Of a stretch of 64,000 nucleotides of DNA, positions 30,170 through 39,484 are shown piece after piece. The notes beneath the pieces are model-generated. The model made no database searches. It was not told the DNA's origin and saw nothing but the letters and a program-made list of their open reading frames with translations. Where the stretch lies: NCBI GenBank assembly GCA_965199955.1, contig CBDATQ010000001.1:1152001-1216000 (forward strand), written 5' to 3'. Source of the stretch: Spirochaetia bacterium. Its GTDB lineage: Bacteria > Spirochaetota > Spirochaetia > SZUA-6 > Bin103. The position numbers were made by a program, and so were the translations under genes. Position 1 is the stretch's first letter. Each line of letters opens with the position of its first letter.

Positions 30170-31080
30170 GGTGCGGCAGCGCCCTCCGCGAGCGGCGCCA
30201 GCGCCACGTTCGGGTCGGCGGCCCCGGAGTAGATCAACGCGACCACGATGAAACTGGCCGCGGCGATCGCGGCGGCGGCGGTGTTGCGCCTGGCCCGCAC
30301 CTCGTCGGACAGGGCGGCGCGCGGCAGGAAGACCCGGTCGGCGATCACCCGGCCGATCACCAGCAGGATCAGGCCGCAGATGGCGATCACGGCCGTGATC
30401 AGCACCTCGGTGCCCAGGTCGCTGCCGGCGCCGGCGACCGCCGTGCGTACGACCACGCCCTGCGCGACCAGGAAGCCGGCGAAGCTGATGCCGGCCGCGA
30501 CGTTCTTGTCGTCCTCGATCACGCCGTGCACGTCGTAGCTGGTGATCGCCTGGAACACCAGGCCATCCAGCACCAGCAACGCCTGCCCGACGAGCCAGTA
30601 GACGGCGATGTCGCGCACCAGCGCCAGGTAGTTGGCGCTCTGCCCCTCCATCACGCCGGAGATCATCAGGCCGGTGGCCACGGTCATGCCGCCGACCACG
30701 ACGCCGGTACCGGCGCTGCGCTCCTGCACCATCTCGTGCTCGGTCGAGAACGCGTGCAGCACCAGCCGGTCGTTGATGATGCCGCTCAGGCGCAGCAGGA
30801 GGATGGCGATGACGCCCACGACCACCAGGTTGACCAGGTCCGTGAGCATCTCTCCACCGGACCCGCGGGCGGCGGCCGCGATCACGAACCCCAGGCCCAG
30901 CAGGTAGCCGCCGAAGCTGAGGCCGATGGCGTCGTTGCCGTTGTCCGCGATCTCGTGGTCGATGTGGTAGCGGGTCGTCAGGTTGTAGAAGAGCTTGCCC
31001 ACGAACACCAGCAGCATGCCGACCGCGAAGTGGGGGATCTTCTCGACGACCAGCGTGAGCGTAGCCAGGATCGTCTGCAT
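30166..31080 (-). CDS. Tandem DUF350 membrane protein
   Basis: Repeated I..EI...N.A.G motif (HEIADNGNDAIG; VIEDDKNVAAG) among about 8 TM helices. Confidence 0.8.
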   Translation of the reverse strand: MQTILATLTLVVEKIPHFAVGMLLVFVGKLFYNLTTRYHIDHEIADNGNDAIGLSFGGYLLGLGFVIAAAARGSGGEMLTDLVNLVVVGVIAILLLRLSGIINDRLVLHAFSTEHEMVQERSAGTGVVVGGMTVATGLMISGVMEGQSANYLALVRDIAVYWLVGQALLVLDGLVFQAITSYDVHGVIEDDKNVAAGISFAGFLVAQGVVVRTAVAGAGSDLGTEVLITAVIAICGLILLVIGRVIADRVFLPRAALSDEVRARRNTAAAAIAAASFIVVALIYSGAADPNVALAPLAEGAAAP

Positions 31081-31085
31081 AGCGA

Positions 31086-31104
31086 CGTGTTTACGCTAAA
31101 CACG
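31086..31104. promoter_or_regulatory. Perfect 8-3-8 inverted repeat in a divergent promoter region (candidate operator)
   Basis: CGTGTTTA-CGC-TAAACACG. Confidence 0.5.
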
Positions 31105-31128
31105 CCAGGACTTACAGTCAACCGGAGG

Positions 31129-32001
31129 ATGGCTGTGCCAATACGGCGGCGCCTGTACGAGGTGCTGGAGCGCGCGCGCGATGACGATCGGGTGAGCGCG
31201 GTGGTGGACATCGCCATCATCAGCGTGATCGGCGTCAACGTGCTGGCCATCGTCATCGAGACGCTGCCGTGGGTGACTCCGGGGCTGAAACGCGCCCTGT
31301 ACGTGCTGGAAGTCGTCTCGGTGCTTCTGTTCACGGTGGAATACCTCCTGCGGCTGTGGACCGCCCGCTACCGGCGTCCTGGGCAGGGGGGGCTGGCCGG
31401 AGCGTTGCGCTTCGCGGTCTCGCCGGCCGGGCTGATCGACCTGCTGGCGATCGTCCCGTTCTACCTGCCGTTGATCGGGGTCGACCTGCGCTTCGTGCGC
31501 TTGCTGCGCATCGCCCGCTTCCTGCGGCTGCTGAAGCTCGGCCGCTACCTGCGGTCCGTGTCGCTGTTCGGCAAGGTGCTGCGGGAGCGGCGCGACGAGC
31601 TGCTGATCACGGTCATGATGACCGCCCTGGTGCTGCTGGTGGCCTCCATCCTCATGTACTACATCGAGGGCGACGCGCAGTCGGACAAGTTCCCGAACAT
31701 CCTGTCGTCGCTGTGGTGGGCGGTCGTCACCCTGACCACCATCGGCTACGGCGACGTGGTTCCGGTCACCGGTTGGGGCCGGCTGCTGAGCGGCCTGGTG
31801 GCGGTCATGGGCATCGGCCTGGTGGCGGTGCCGACCGGGATCGTCAGCTCCGGCTTCATCGAGGAGCTTGCCAAGCGCCGCAAGGACGGCGGCGACGGGG
31901 AGGCCGAGTCCGGGGGTGGCTACTGCCCTCACTGCGGCGCGCCCCTGGAGAGCCGCGACGGGGCCTCCGGAACCGCCGAGAACCGCGGAGCAAGCCCTTA
32001 G
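31129..32001 (+). CDS. 6-TM voltage-gated-type potassium channel
   Basis: S4 RxxRxxR helix, WWAVVTLTTIGYGD selectivity filter, C-terminal CPHCG. Confidence 0.92.
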   Translation: MAVPIRRRLYEVLERARDDDRVSAVVDIAIISVIGVNVLAIVIETLPWVTPGLKRALYVLEVVSVLLFTVEYLLRLWTARYRRPGQGGLAGALRFAVSPAGLIDLLAIVPFYLPLIGVDLRFVRLLRIARFLRLLKLGRYLRSVSLFGKVLRERRDELLITVMMTALVLLVASILMYYIEGDAQSDKFPNILSSLWWAVVTLTTIGYGDVVPVTGWGRLLSGLVAVMGIGLVAVPTGIVSSGFIEELAKRRKDGGDGEAESGGGYCPHCGAPLESRDGASGTAENRGASP

Positions 32002-33047
32002 CGCACCTTGATCAGGACCACCAGCGAGACGAGAGTGAACATGATCTGCACGAGCGTGAACCGCACCATGACCTGGGGGCTGGACCAGCCCAGGTTGTTG
32101 CGCATGTGGTCATGCAGCGGAAAGCGCAGCTTCGAGAAGATGGAGATGCGCAGGAAGCGCAGCAACGCGACCTTGATCAGCCCGGTGCCGCCGTTGACCA
32201 GCAGCACGCCGGACACGATGAAGATCAGAAACGGATTTCCGGACTTGATGACCAGGATGCCGAGCAGCAGCCCCACAGCTCGTGATCCGGCATCGCCCAT
32301 GAGGAGCTGGCTGGGGTGGGCGTTGTACCACAGGTAACCGGTCAGGCAGCCCACCATCGCGAACGACAGGATCGCCCACTTGGCGCCGTCGGCGTAGTGC
32401 GGCAGCAGCAGGTACGCGGAGATGTCGACATTGCCGAGCACGAAGTAGAGCAGCCCGCCGAGGCTAAGCAGCGCCTGGATCGCCAGCGTCCCGGACAGGC
32501 CGTCGACACCGTCCGTGCAGTTGGTGGCGTTGATGGCCGCCCAGATCAGGACGGTGCCGCCGGCGATGCAGACCGCGGGAGGTACGGTCATGATCGCGGT
32601 GGTGAAGGGGAGCCAGATCTCCGCCGGCTCGGTGTTGCACAGCAGCACGGCGGTCACGAGCGAGATCCCCAGGTCGACGAGTCCCTTGCGGTATTCGTGC
32701 CAGCCGCTCGCGCTGCGGTCGTCCAGGTAGCCGGCGACCATGGCCAGCGTCACGCAGGCCAGCACTCCCAGATAGGCGAGCTCGAGCGGCGCGGTGAGCA
32801 CGCCGACGACCGCGAACACGAGGCAGAACACCAGCCCCGCGCCGGTCGGCTTGCCGAGTGCCGCCTCCTTGTCCACCGCGAACTCCCGACCTCGATCGCG
32901 CGGCAGAAGTCCGCTGGTCCGGGGAAGCAGGATCCAGGTGGCCAGCGAGGACAGGACCAGCGCCGCGCCGGCCACGACGAAGTGGGAGCTCATCAGGCGA
33001 AACGGACCGTAGACCTGCTGCAGCGTCTCTCCGAGCAGAAACAACAT
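31998..33047 (-). CDS. mraY: Phospho-N-acetylmuramoyl-pentapeptide transferase
   Basis: KPTGAG, GYLDD, NATNCTDGVDGL, MGDAGS, PLHDH. Confidence 0.88.
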   Translation of the reverse strand: MLFLLGETLQQVYGPFRLMSSHFVVAGAALVLSSLATWILLPRTSGLLPRDRGREFAVDKEAALGKPTGAGLVFCLVFAVVGVLTAPLELAYLGVLACVTLAMVAGYLDDRSASGWHEYRKGLVDLGISLVTAVLLCNTEPAEIWLPFTTAIMTVPPAVCIAGGTVLIWAAINATNCTDGVDGLSGTLAIQALLSLGGLLYFVLGNVDISAYLLLPHYADGAKWAILSFAMVGCLTGYLWYNAHPSQLLMGDAGSRAVGLLLGILVIKSGNPFLIFIVSGVLLVNGGTGLIKVALLRFLRISIFSKLRFPLHDHMRNNLGWSSPQVMVRFTLVQIMFTLVSLVVLIKVR

Positions 33048-33128
33048 TGCGGTGGGCCGATCCTACCCCGGTTTTCCCCGGCAACGCAGGCCGTGGGCCT
33101 GCGCTGAAAGGACCGCGCCCTGCTTCCC

Positions 33129-33917
33129 TTGACGGTGCTGCAGTGGGGGTCGCTGATGGGTGGAGCCCTGCTGGTCGGGGTCACCAAGACCGGCCTGCCG
33201 GGGTTGGGAACGGTCGTTGCGCCCATCATGGCGACGGCGTTCCCGGTCCGTGCGTCGGTAGCGATCGTGTTGCCGCTGTTGATAGTCGCGGACGTGGTCG
33301 CGATCGTGTACTTCCGTCGCCACGTGGTGCGCTCGTACCTGGTGAAGCTGGTGCCGGCCGCGTTCGGCGGCATCGTCGCCGGGACGGTGCTGCTGCGCGT
33401 GGTCGACGACACGCAGCTCCGTCTGTTGATCGCGCTGATCGTCGTGACAACCGTCGCAGCGGGAGCCGTGGCGACGTGGCGGCCGCTGCGCAGGTTGCGC
33501 GGGGCCGCGGACACTCCGCCTGCGCAGGGGAGTGTCGCCGGCAGCCGGGCCGCGGTCGCCATCGCGCTCGGCATCCTGGCCGGCGCCACCTCGATGATCA
33601 GCAACGCCTCCGGATCGATCCTCACCGCCTACCTGCTGGCGATGAGGTTGCCCAAGCACGAGTTCATGGGCACCGGTGCCTGGTACTACTTCATTCTCAA
33701 CGTGTTGAAGGTGCCGCTTCACCTGGCGATCGGAACCATGACCGGCGCCACGCTGGCGCTGAACGCGGTGGCAGCGCCTGTGGTGCTTTCCGGCGCGGCG
33801 CTCGGCGTCCTGATCGTCCGCCGCCTGCCCGAGCGCGCCTTCCGCGCCGCCGCCATGGGGCTGGCCGTGCTGGCGGCGGGCAACTTGGCGGTTCGCGCGC
33901 TGCTGGCGATGGGGTGA
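33129..33917 (+). CDS. TauE/SafE-family (sulfite exporter-like) membrane protein
   Basis: KTGLPG, LPLLIVAD, AGATSMISNASG, F.GT. Confidence 0.8.
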   Translation: MTVLQWGSLMGGALLVGVTKTGLPGLGTVVAPIMATAFPVRASVAIVLPLLIVADVVAIVYFRRHVVRSYLVKLVPAAFGGIVAGTVLLRVVDDTQLRLLIALIVVTTVAAGAVATWRPLRRLRGAADTPPAQGSVAGSRAAVAIALGILAGATSMISNASGSILTAYLLAMRLPKHEFMGTGAWYYFILNVLKVPLHLAIGTMTGATLALNAVAAPVVLSGAALGVLIVRRLPERAFRAAAMGLAVLAAGNLAVRALLAMG

Positions 33918-33977
33918 AGAGCGTCGTGAAGGTGGGGATGGGCCGAAAGCGGAGCCGCAGTCGACGGTCTCGGGGCG

Positions 33978-35258
33978 TTACAGCCCGGCCGCAAGGCTGT
34001 GCAGGTGGTGGGCGAAGTGCTCAGCCAGCACCTCGGTATAGGTGTCCGGGTGCGCCTCCAGCACCGATCGGACGGCCTGCCCGAGATCGGGATGGGTCAG
34101 CGTGGAGCCGAAGGTGCAGTGCAGGATCTGGCGGCCCGGTTCGCTGAATCCCGTGCCGGCGCCCACGTACTGCCAGCGCTCCAGGTAGACGGTCTCGAGC
34201 TCCGGCGCGCGCAGGTCCTCCGGCGGCGGCACCCGCTCCACCGAGGCCGACACGTGGTAGGTGGCCTTGTCGGTGTCGTAGCGCGAGCGGGCAAAGGCGA
34301 TGATGCGCCGGAACAGCGCCTCGTCATGCCGGGCGACCACGCGCAGGGCTTCCAGGTAGGAGGTGCCGGCGGTCTTCACGTGGAAGCATCCCTCGGTGGC
34401 GCGTGACAGAGCCGGGTACATCGACAGCTTGTCCGACCCCGAATGCAGGGACAGCTTGTACGGTCCGAAGTGGCGGGAGATGGCGCAGTGCTCCCGCAGC
34501 GAACGCTCCAGTGCCGGTACGTCCCCCTTGTAGTCGACGCCCTTCTCGAAGTCGCCGATGTAGCGCGGCGCCAGAGCCACAAGGGGTACCCCGCGCCGGC
34601 GGCACTGGTCGGCGATGATGTAGTGCTCGGCCAGGGTGGTGGGCTGCTCGGTCTCGTCGACCGAAAGCTCGATCTCGTAGTCGCGGCCGGCGTTGCGGGA
34701 GTGGATCTCCCCGGCCAGATCGGCCGCCAGATTCAGGGCCGGCCCGTACTTGACCGCACAGCGCAGGCACGCCTCTTCGCTGAGTTGAAGCGTCATGTCT
34801 CCCGGCAGCGTCACCGTGCGCCCGCGGTAGTCCGCAACCCAGTCGACCTGTGCGCGCACCGCCGCGTAACGCTCGCGCAGGGTCGCCTCGTCGTAGCGGT
34901 CCGCGTGCTCGTCCACCGCGTCGGAAGGGTCGATCGTGAAGAATCGGAAACCCGCCTCGGTGGTCACCGCCACGTCCTGCGGTGTCTTCAGGTGATCGGC
35001 GTCCGCCCCGGTCGGGCCGTCCCAGCCGGCTCGCGCCATGCCGTCCAGCGCGTCGGTCATCACGTCGACGGGCGTCCGCCCGGTTCGCTGCATCTCGCGG
35101 ATCGACTGCTGCGGGAAGATCGGCTGGATCGGCACCCCCGCCGCGCGCAGGGCCTGCACGTGGCCGGGCGTCGCCAGGCCGATCCGGTCGCCGAAGCCGA
35201 AGCTGGGATCGAGTCCCAGTGTGACCGCCGTGTCGGTGCCGCCGTCGTCATGAGCCAT
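33978..35258 (-). CDS. uxaE: Tagaturonate/fructuronate epimerase
   Basis: SFGFGDRIGLATPGH, QQSIRE, GADADHLK, SVDETE, FEKGVDY, LHSGSDK, HVKTAGTSYLEA. Confidence 0.88.
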   Translation of the reverse strand: MAHDDGGTDTAVTLGLDPSFGFGDRIGLATPGHVQALRAAGVPIQPIFPQQSIREMQRTGRTPVDVMTDALDGMARAGWDGPTGADADHLKTPQDVAVTTEAGFRFFTIDPSDAVDEHADRYDEATLRERYAAVRAQVDWVADYRGRTVTLPGDMTLQLSEEACLRCAVKYGPALNLAADLAGEIHSRNAGRDYEIELSVDETEQPTTLAEHYIIADQCRRRGVPLVALAPRYIGDFEKGVDYKGDVPALERSLREHCAISRHFGPYKLSLHSGSDKLSMYPALSRATEGCFHVKTAGTSYLEALRVVARHDEALFRRIIAFARSRYDTDKATYHVSASVERVPPPEDLRAPELETVYLERWQYVGAGTGFSEPGRQILHCTFGSTLTHPDLGQAVRSVLEAHPDTYTEVLAEHFAHHLHSLAAGL

Positions 35259-35282
35259 ACCGGCAACGTAGCATGACCGTGC

Positions 35283-36326
35283 ATGACCGGGCCCGAGATG
35301 CCGTCACTCGTCTCCCTGGCGTCCCGCTGGTCCGGGCGCTTCACGGCGGCGGCGGCGTGGCGGATGGAGGCGGGCCACCACGCTGCGGTCAGGACGATCG
35401 GAATCAGCGAGCAGGGCCGGCCGGTGCTGGGTGCCGTGATCGGCACCGGCAACCGTCACGCGACGCTGATCGGCGGCGCGCACGCCGACGAGCCGGTGGG
35501 CCCGGAGACGCTGCGGCTACTCATCGTGTCAGCCACCCGCCCCGAGGCGGCCCTGGCAGCGGTGTTGCGGCAGTGGAGACTATGGGTGGTTCCCCACGTC
35601 AATCCCGACGGTGAGCTTGCCAATCACGCATGGATCGAGCGCTGGCCGTCGGTCGACGCCTTCCTGGGCCATGTGCTGCGCGAGCCGCCGGGACGCGATC
35701 TGGAGTTCGGGTTTCCTTCCATGCGTCCGGAGAACGTGGCGGTGGCGGCGTTCATGGCACGAGCGGCTCCTGTTCGCCTTCACGCCAGCCTCCACGGGAT
35801 GGCCTTCGCCGAGGGGGCCGCACTGCTCATCGAACGCGGCTGGGTCACCCGCACGGCACGGCTGCGGCGGGCGTTCAGCGCTGCGGCGGCCGAGTGCGGA
35901 GTCGGGCTGCACGACGAGGACCGCCGCGGCGAGAAGGGATTCCACTACGTGGGACCGGGATTCGCCACAACCCCGACCGGCGCGGCAATGCGTGCGCACT
36001 TCCGGGATGCCGGCGACCCTGAGACCGCCGCCCTGTTCCACGACAGCTCGATGGAGCAGGTCGCCCGATCGGCACCCGGGCCCGAAGCTCCGCGGTGTCT
36101 GGTCACGGAGGTGCCCCTGTTTCGCGTGTCGAGGCGGGCGGGCGGCCACGTGGCGCTTCGGGCACGGCTTCCCGAGCTGACGATGCGGGCGCATCGCGGC
36201 GTCCCGGTGACGGACGAGCTTGCGCGCTTCGGTGTCGAGCCGGTGGACCCGCGCGCGGCGATCCGGCTGCAACTCCACGCGATCGAGCTCGGGCTGGCGG
36301 CTACGGATCGTCCGGATCGGCCTTGA
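35283..36326 (+). CDS. M14-family zinc carboxypeptidase-like protein
   Basis: GAHADEP, VPHVNPDG, SLHG. Confidence 0.8.
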   Translation: MTGPEMPSLVSLASRWSGRFTAAAAWRMEAGHHAAVRTIGISEQGRPVLGAVIGTGNRHATLIGGAHADEPVGPETLRLLIVSATRPEAALAAVLRQWRLWVVPHVNPDGELANHAWIERWPSVDAFLGHVLREPPGRDLEFGFPSMRPENVAVAAFMARAAPVRLHASLHGMAFAEGAALLIERGWVTRTARLRRAFSAAAAECGVGLHDEDRRGEKGFHYVGPGFATTPTGAAMRAHFRDAGDPETAALFHDSSMEQVARSAPGPEAPRCLVTEVPLFRVSRRAGGHVALRARLPELTMRAHRGVPVTDELARFGVEPVDPRAAIRLQLHAIELGLAATDRPDRP

Positions 36327-37365
36327 CCGGCGGGGCCGCGACCCCGCGCTGAGCCGCTGCCTCCGTCAGGGAGCGCCAGGTAGCCCGATCGATCGGGATG
36401 CCGAGCCGCTCGTGCTCGGCGCTGGCGCGCCGCTCCGGATCTCCCGGCACCATGACCGCATCGACGCCGGGTGCGGGCGCGGCGCTTCTGATCATGCCGC
36501 TGTGTGCCGCGACGCCGGCCAGCACCTCGTCCAGCGGGTGCAGGCGGCGGATGTCGATGACGATGAACAGGACGCCGTTGCCCGCCACCAGGCCGGGCAG
36601 GGCGGGGGTGCCCTTGCCGGCCACGACGCCGCCGAGCAGGTCGGTGATGATGGCCAGGCCCGATCCCTTGTAGCCGCCGAATGCCAGCAACGGCCCGCCC
36701 GCGTAGTGGTCGCCCGGGTCGGTGGTGGGTTGGCCGTCGGGTGAGAGCAGCCATCCCTCCGGGACCGACCGTCCCTTGTTGACCGCGATCTGCAGCTTGC
36801 CCTCCGCAACCGCGCTGGTGGCGAAATCGCAGAGCACCGTGCGGCCGTCCGCGGACGGGGTCGCCGCGGCGAACGGATTGGTCCCGAACACGGCTTGCAC
36901 GCTGCCGAACGGGGCGACCCGCCCGTTGGCGCTGGTGGCCGTGCAGAAGGCCAGGCCGACCATTCCTTCGTCCGCGGCCATCTCCACGTAGTCGCCGAGC
37001 CGGCCGAGGTGGGTGGTGCGGACCAGCGCGACGCTCGAAACCCCGTGCTCGCGCGCCTTGCGGATCGCGATCTCCATGGCGAATCGGCCGGCGATCTGCC
37101 CGAAGCCGTCGTGCCCGTCGACGCGTGCGGTGGCGCCGTCCTCGCCGGTCAGCTCGGGTCGCGCGCGCCGGTCGATGGTCCCCTGGTCGATCCCCTCCAG
37201 GTACGCCGGCGCGCGGAGGATCCCGTGCGACGCGTGTCCGGCCACGTCCGCGGCCACCAGTGCCTGCGCCACGCACGTGGCGTCCTCGTCCGTGGCCCCG
37301 GCGGCCCGGAGGGTCGCGGCCACGAACCGCTCCAGGTCGCGGGCGGCGACTCGCACCGAGGACAC
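36301..37365 (-). CDS. Ldh_2-family (malate/L-lactate/ureidoglycolate type) dehydrogenase
   Basis: GHASHG, HLG, GTNP, DFATS, GGYKGSGL, PGDPE. Confidence 0.88.
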   Translation of the reverse strand: MSSVRVAARDLERFVAATLRAAGATDEDATCVAQALVAADVAGHASHGILRAPAYLEGIDQGTIDRRARPELTGEDGATARVDGHDGFGQIAGRFAMEIAIRKAREHGVSSVALVRTTHLGRLGDYVEMAADEGMVGLAFCTATSANGRVAPFGSVQAVFGTNPFAAATPSADGRTVLCDFATSAVAEGKLQIAVNKGRSVPEGWLLSPDGQPTTDPGDHYAGGPLLAFGGYKGSGLAIITDLLGGVVAGKGTPALPGLVAGNGVLFIVIDIRRLHPLDEVLAGVAAHSGMIRSAAPAPGVDAVMVPGDPERRASAEHERLGIPIDRATWRSLTEAAAQRGVAAPPVKADPDDP

Positions 37366-37370
37366 CGGCG

Positions 37371-39278
37371 TCAGGCGAACAGCCGAGCGATCTGCTCGGC
37401 GTACAGCTCGGCCACGGCGGCGCGCTTGACCTCCTGCTTGTGCGACAGCTCACGGCCGACCTCGAACGGCCGGTGCAGCAGATGGATGCGCGAAACCCGC
37501 TCGAACGGCTTGAATCCATTGGCGGCCGAGACGCGGGCGGAGACCTCCGACTGGGTGAGCTTCCGGATCTGCGGATGTTCGGCCAGCGCCTGCAGGTCGC
37601 CCTTGATAGCGGCGCCGGCCGCGTGCTCGGTGACCGCCTCCTCGTTCAGCACGACCAGCGCGGCGAGGGATCGCTGGTCCTGGCCGATCACCACGGCGCG
37701 GTCGATGTACTTGGACTCCTGCATGCGCTCCTCGATCGGCGCGGGCTCCACGTTCTCGCCGCCCATCAGCACGATGGTGTCCTTGGCGCGGCCGCGGATG
37801 ATCAGGTCGCCGTCAACCGTCGTCATCCCCAGGTCGCCGGTGTCCAGCCAGCCGTCGTGCAGGACCGCCTCGGTCAGATCGGGGCGTTTGTAATAGCCCT
37901 GCATCACCTGCGGGCCGCGCACGTGCACGACGCCGAGCTCGCCGGGCCCCAGGTGCCGTCCTTCCTCGTCGACGATGCGCAGTCCCGTGCCCGGCAACAG
38001 CCGTCCGACCGTGCCGGACACCGGCGCCGACTCCGGCCGGATCGCCACGCCCGGGGCCGTTTCGGTCAGGCCGTAGGCGTTGAGCAGCAGCACGCCGGCG
38101 GCAGCGAAGAACCCGTCCACGTAGTCGGGAAGGGCTCCGCCGCCCGAAATGGCGCCGCGGAACCGGCCGCCAAGCCGCGCCTTGATCTTCGAGAACACCA
38201 GCGCCGCGCCCAGCGCCTTCAGCGGCGACAGGAGCACGAGGGGAACCAGGCCGCCTGCCTGCTCGGCCCCGCGCGAGCGAGGTTTGAGATGGGCCACCAG
38301 TCCGCGCACCCTTGAGCGGGCGCGCGTGTGAGCGCTGCCGGTGGCGACGAACAGGCCGAACAGGGCTTTCTTGAGGCCGCCCTCATGCTCGGCGTTGCGG
38401 TACACGGCCGAGCGAACGGCGTCCCAGATGCGTGGGACCGACGCCATCCAGTGCGGGCGCACCGTCGCCATGTCCGCGATCAGGACGCTGCCGACCGGTT
38501 TGGAGTAGGCCAGCGTGGTGGCGCTGGCGATCGTGCAGTACTCGAAGATCCGCTCGAAGGAGTGCCAGACCGGCAGGACGCTGAGCCAGATCTGCCCGGG
38601 CTCGGTGGTCAGGAACTCGGGGATGCATCCGGTCTGGAACACGAAGTTGCGGTGCGACAACACCACGCCCTTGGGCTCGCCGGTGGTCCCGGAGGTGAAG
38701 ATGATGGTGGCGACGTCATCGGCCGTGCCGCGCTGGAGGTGCGCTCGATAGAAGTCGGGCTGCAGCTCCGTGACGATGCGCCCGGCGCGGAGCACCTGTG
38801 CGTACGGGATCACCAGCACCCCGTCGCGCTCTTCGCGCGACGAGATCTCCGGATCCAGCACCACGATGGTGCGCAGTGCCGGCAGGTCCTCCCGCACCGA
38901 CAGCACCTTGTCGAGTTGCGTGCGGTCTTCCACCAGGCACACCGGTGCGTCGACCTGCGCCAGGATGAAGCGGAACTCCTCGGCGGTGCTGTCCGCGCCG
39001 CGCGGCACGTCGGCCGCGCCCAGCCCCAGAATCGCCAGATCGGCGACCAGCCACTCCCGGCGATTGTCGGCCAGCAGGCCGACCCGGTCGCCGCGGCGTA
39101 CGCCCAGCTCCTGCAGGCCGGCGGCAAAGTCGCCGACCTCGGCAAAGAGCTCCGAGTACGAGGTGGGCTGGAACCGGCCCCGCGCGTCCTTGCTGAGCTG
39201 GGCCGCTATCAGGCCGTACTCGTGGCACACGCGCGCGAACAGCTTGGGAATCGTGTCCTCGGCTGTACCCGCCGCCAC
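37371..39278 (-). CDS. Long-chain fatty acid--CoA ligase
   Basis: FTSGTTGEPKG, YGLTET, WLDTGDLG, GRAKDTIVL.GGENVEP. Confidence 0.92.
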   Translation of the reverse strand: MAAGTAEDTIPKLFARVCHEYGLIAAQLSKDARGRFQPTSYSELFAEVGDFAAGLQELGVRRGDRVGLLADNRREWLVADLAILGLGAADVPRGADSTAEEFRFILAQVDAPVCLVEDRTQLDKVLSVREDLPALRTIVVLDPEISSREERDGVLVIPYAQVLRAGRIVTELQPDFYRAHLQRGTADDVATIIFTSGTTGEPKGVVLSHRNFVFQTGCIPEFLTTEPGQIWLSVLPVWHSFERIFEYCTIASATTLAYSKPVGSVLIADMATVRPHWMASVPRIWDAVRSAVYRNAEHEGGLKKALFGLFVATGSAHTRARSRVRGLVAHLKPRSRGAEQAGGLVPLVLLSPLKALGAALVFSKIKARLGGRFRGAISGGGALPDYVDGFFAAAGVLLLNAYGLTETAPGVAIRPESAPVSGTVGRLLPGTGLRIVDEEGRHLGPGELGVVHVRGPQVMQGYYKRPDLTEAVLHDGWLDTGDLGMTTVDGDLIIRGRAKDTIVLMGGENVEPAPIEERMQESKYIDRAVVIGQDQRSLAALVVLNEEAVTEHAAGAAIKGDLQALAEHPQIRKLTQSEVSARVSAANGFKPFERVSRIHLLHRPFEVGRELSHKQEVKRAAVAELYAEQIARLFA

Positions 39279-39484
39279 AGGGGCGGACGGTAGCGAGCCA
39301 CCGGTCGGATTGTCAATTTCGCCCGTGGGACTCGGGCCGAGGTGCCGAAGATGCCCGGACCTGCCGAAGATAGATGATGTGGAGTCTTCGTCGGCGGAAA
39401 CCGCGAGTGCGGTCGCGGAACACCCCCGCGGCGATGGCCCAAGATCTTGGCCCGTGACAGCCGCGCGCCTATGATCGAGAGCGT

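Noticed and set aside
29992..31128. Long N-terminal extension of the K+ channel ORF
   Set aside because: Antisense to DUF350. ATG 31129 gives a normal-length channel.
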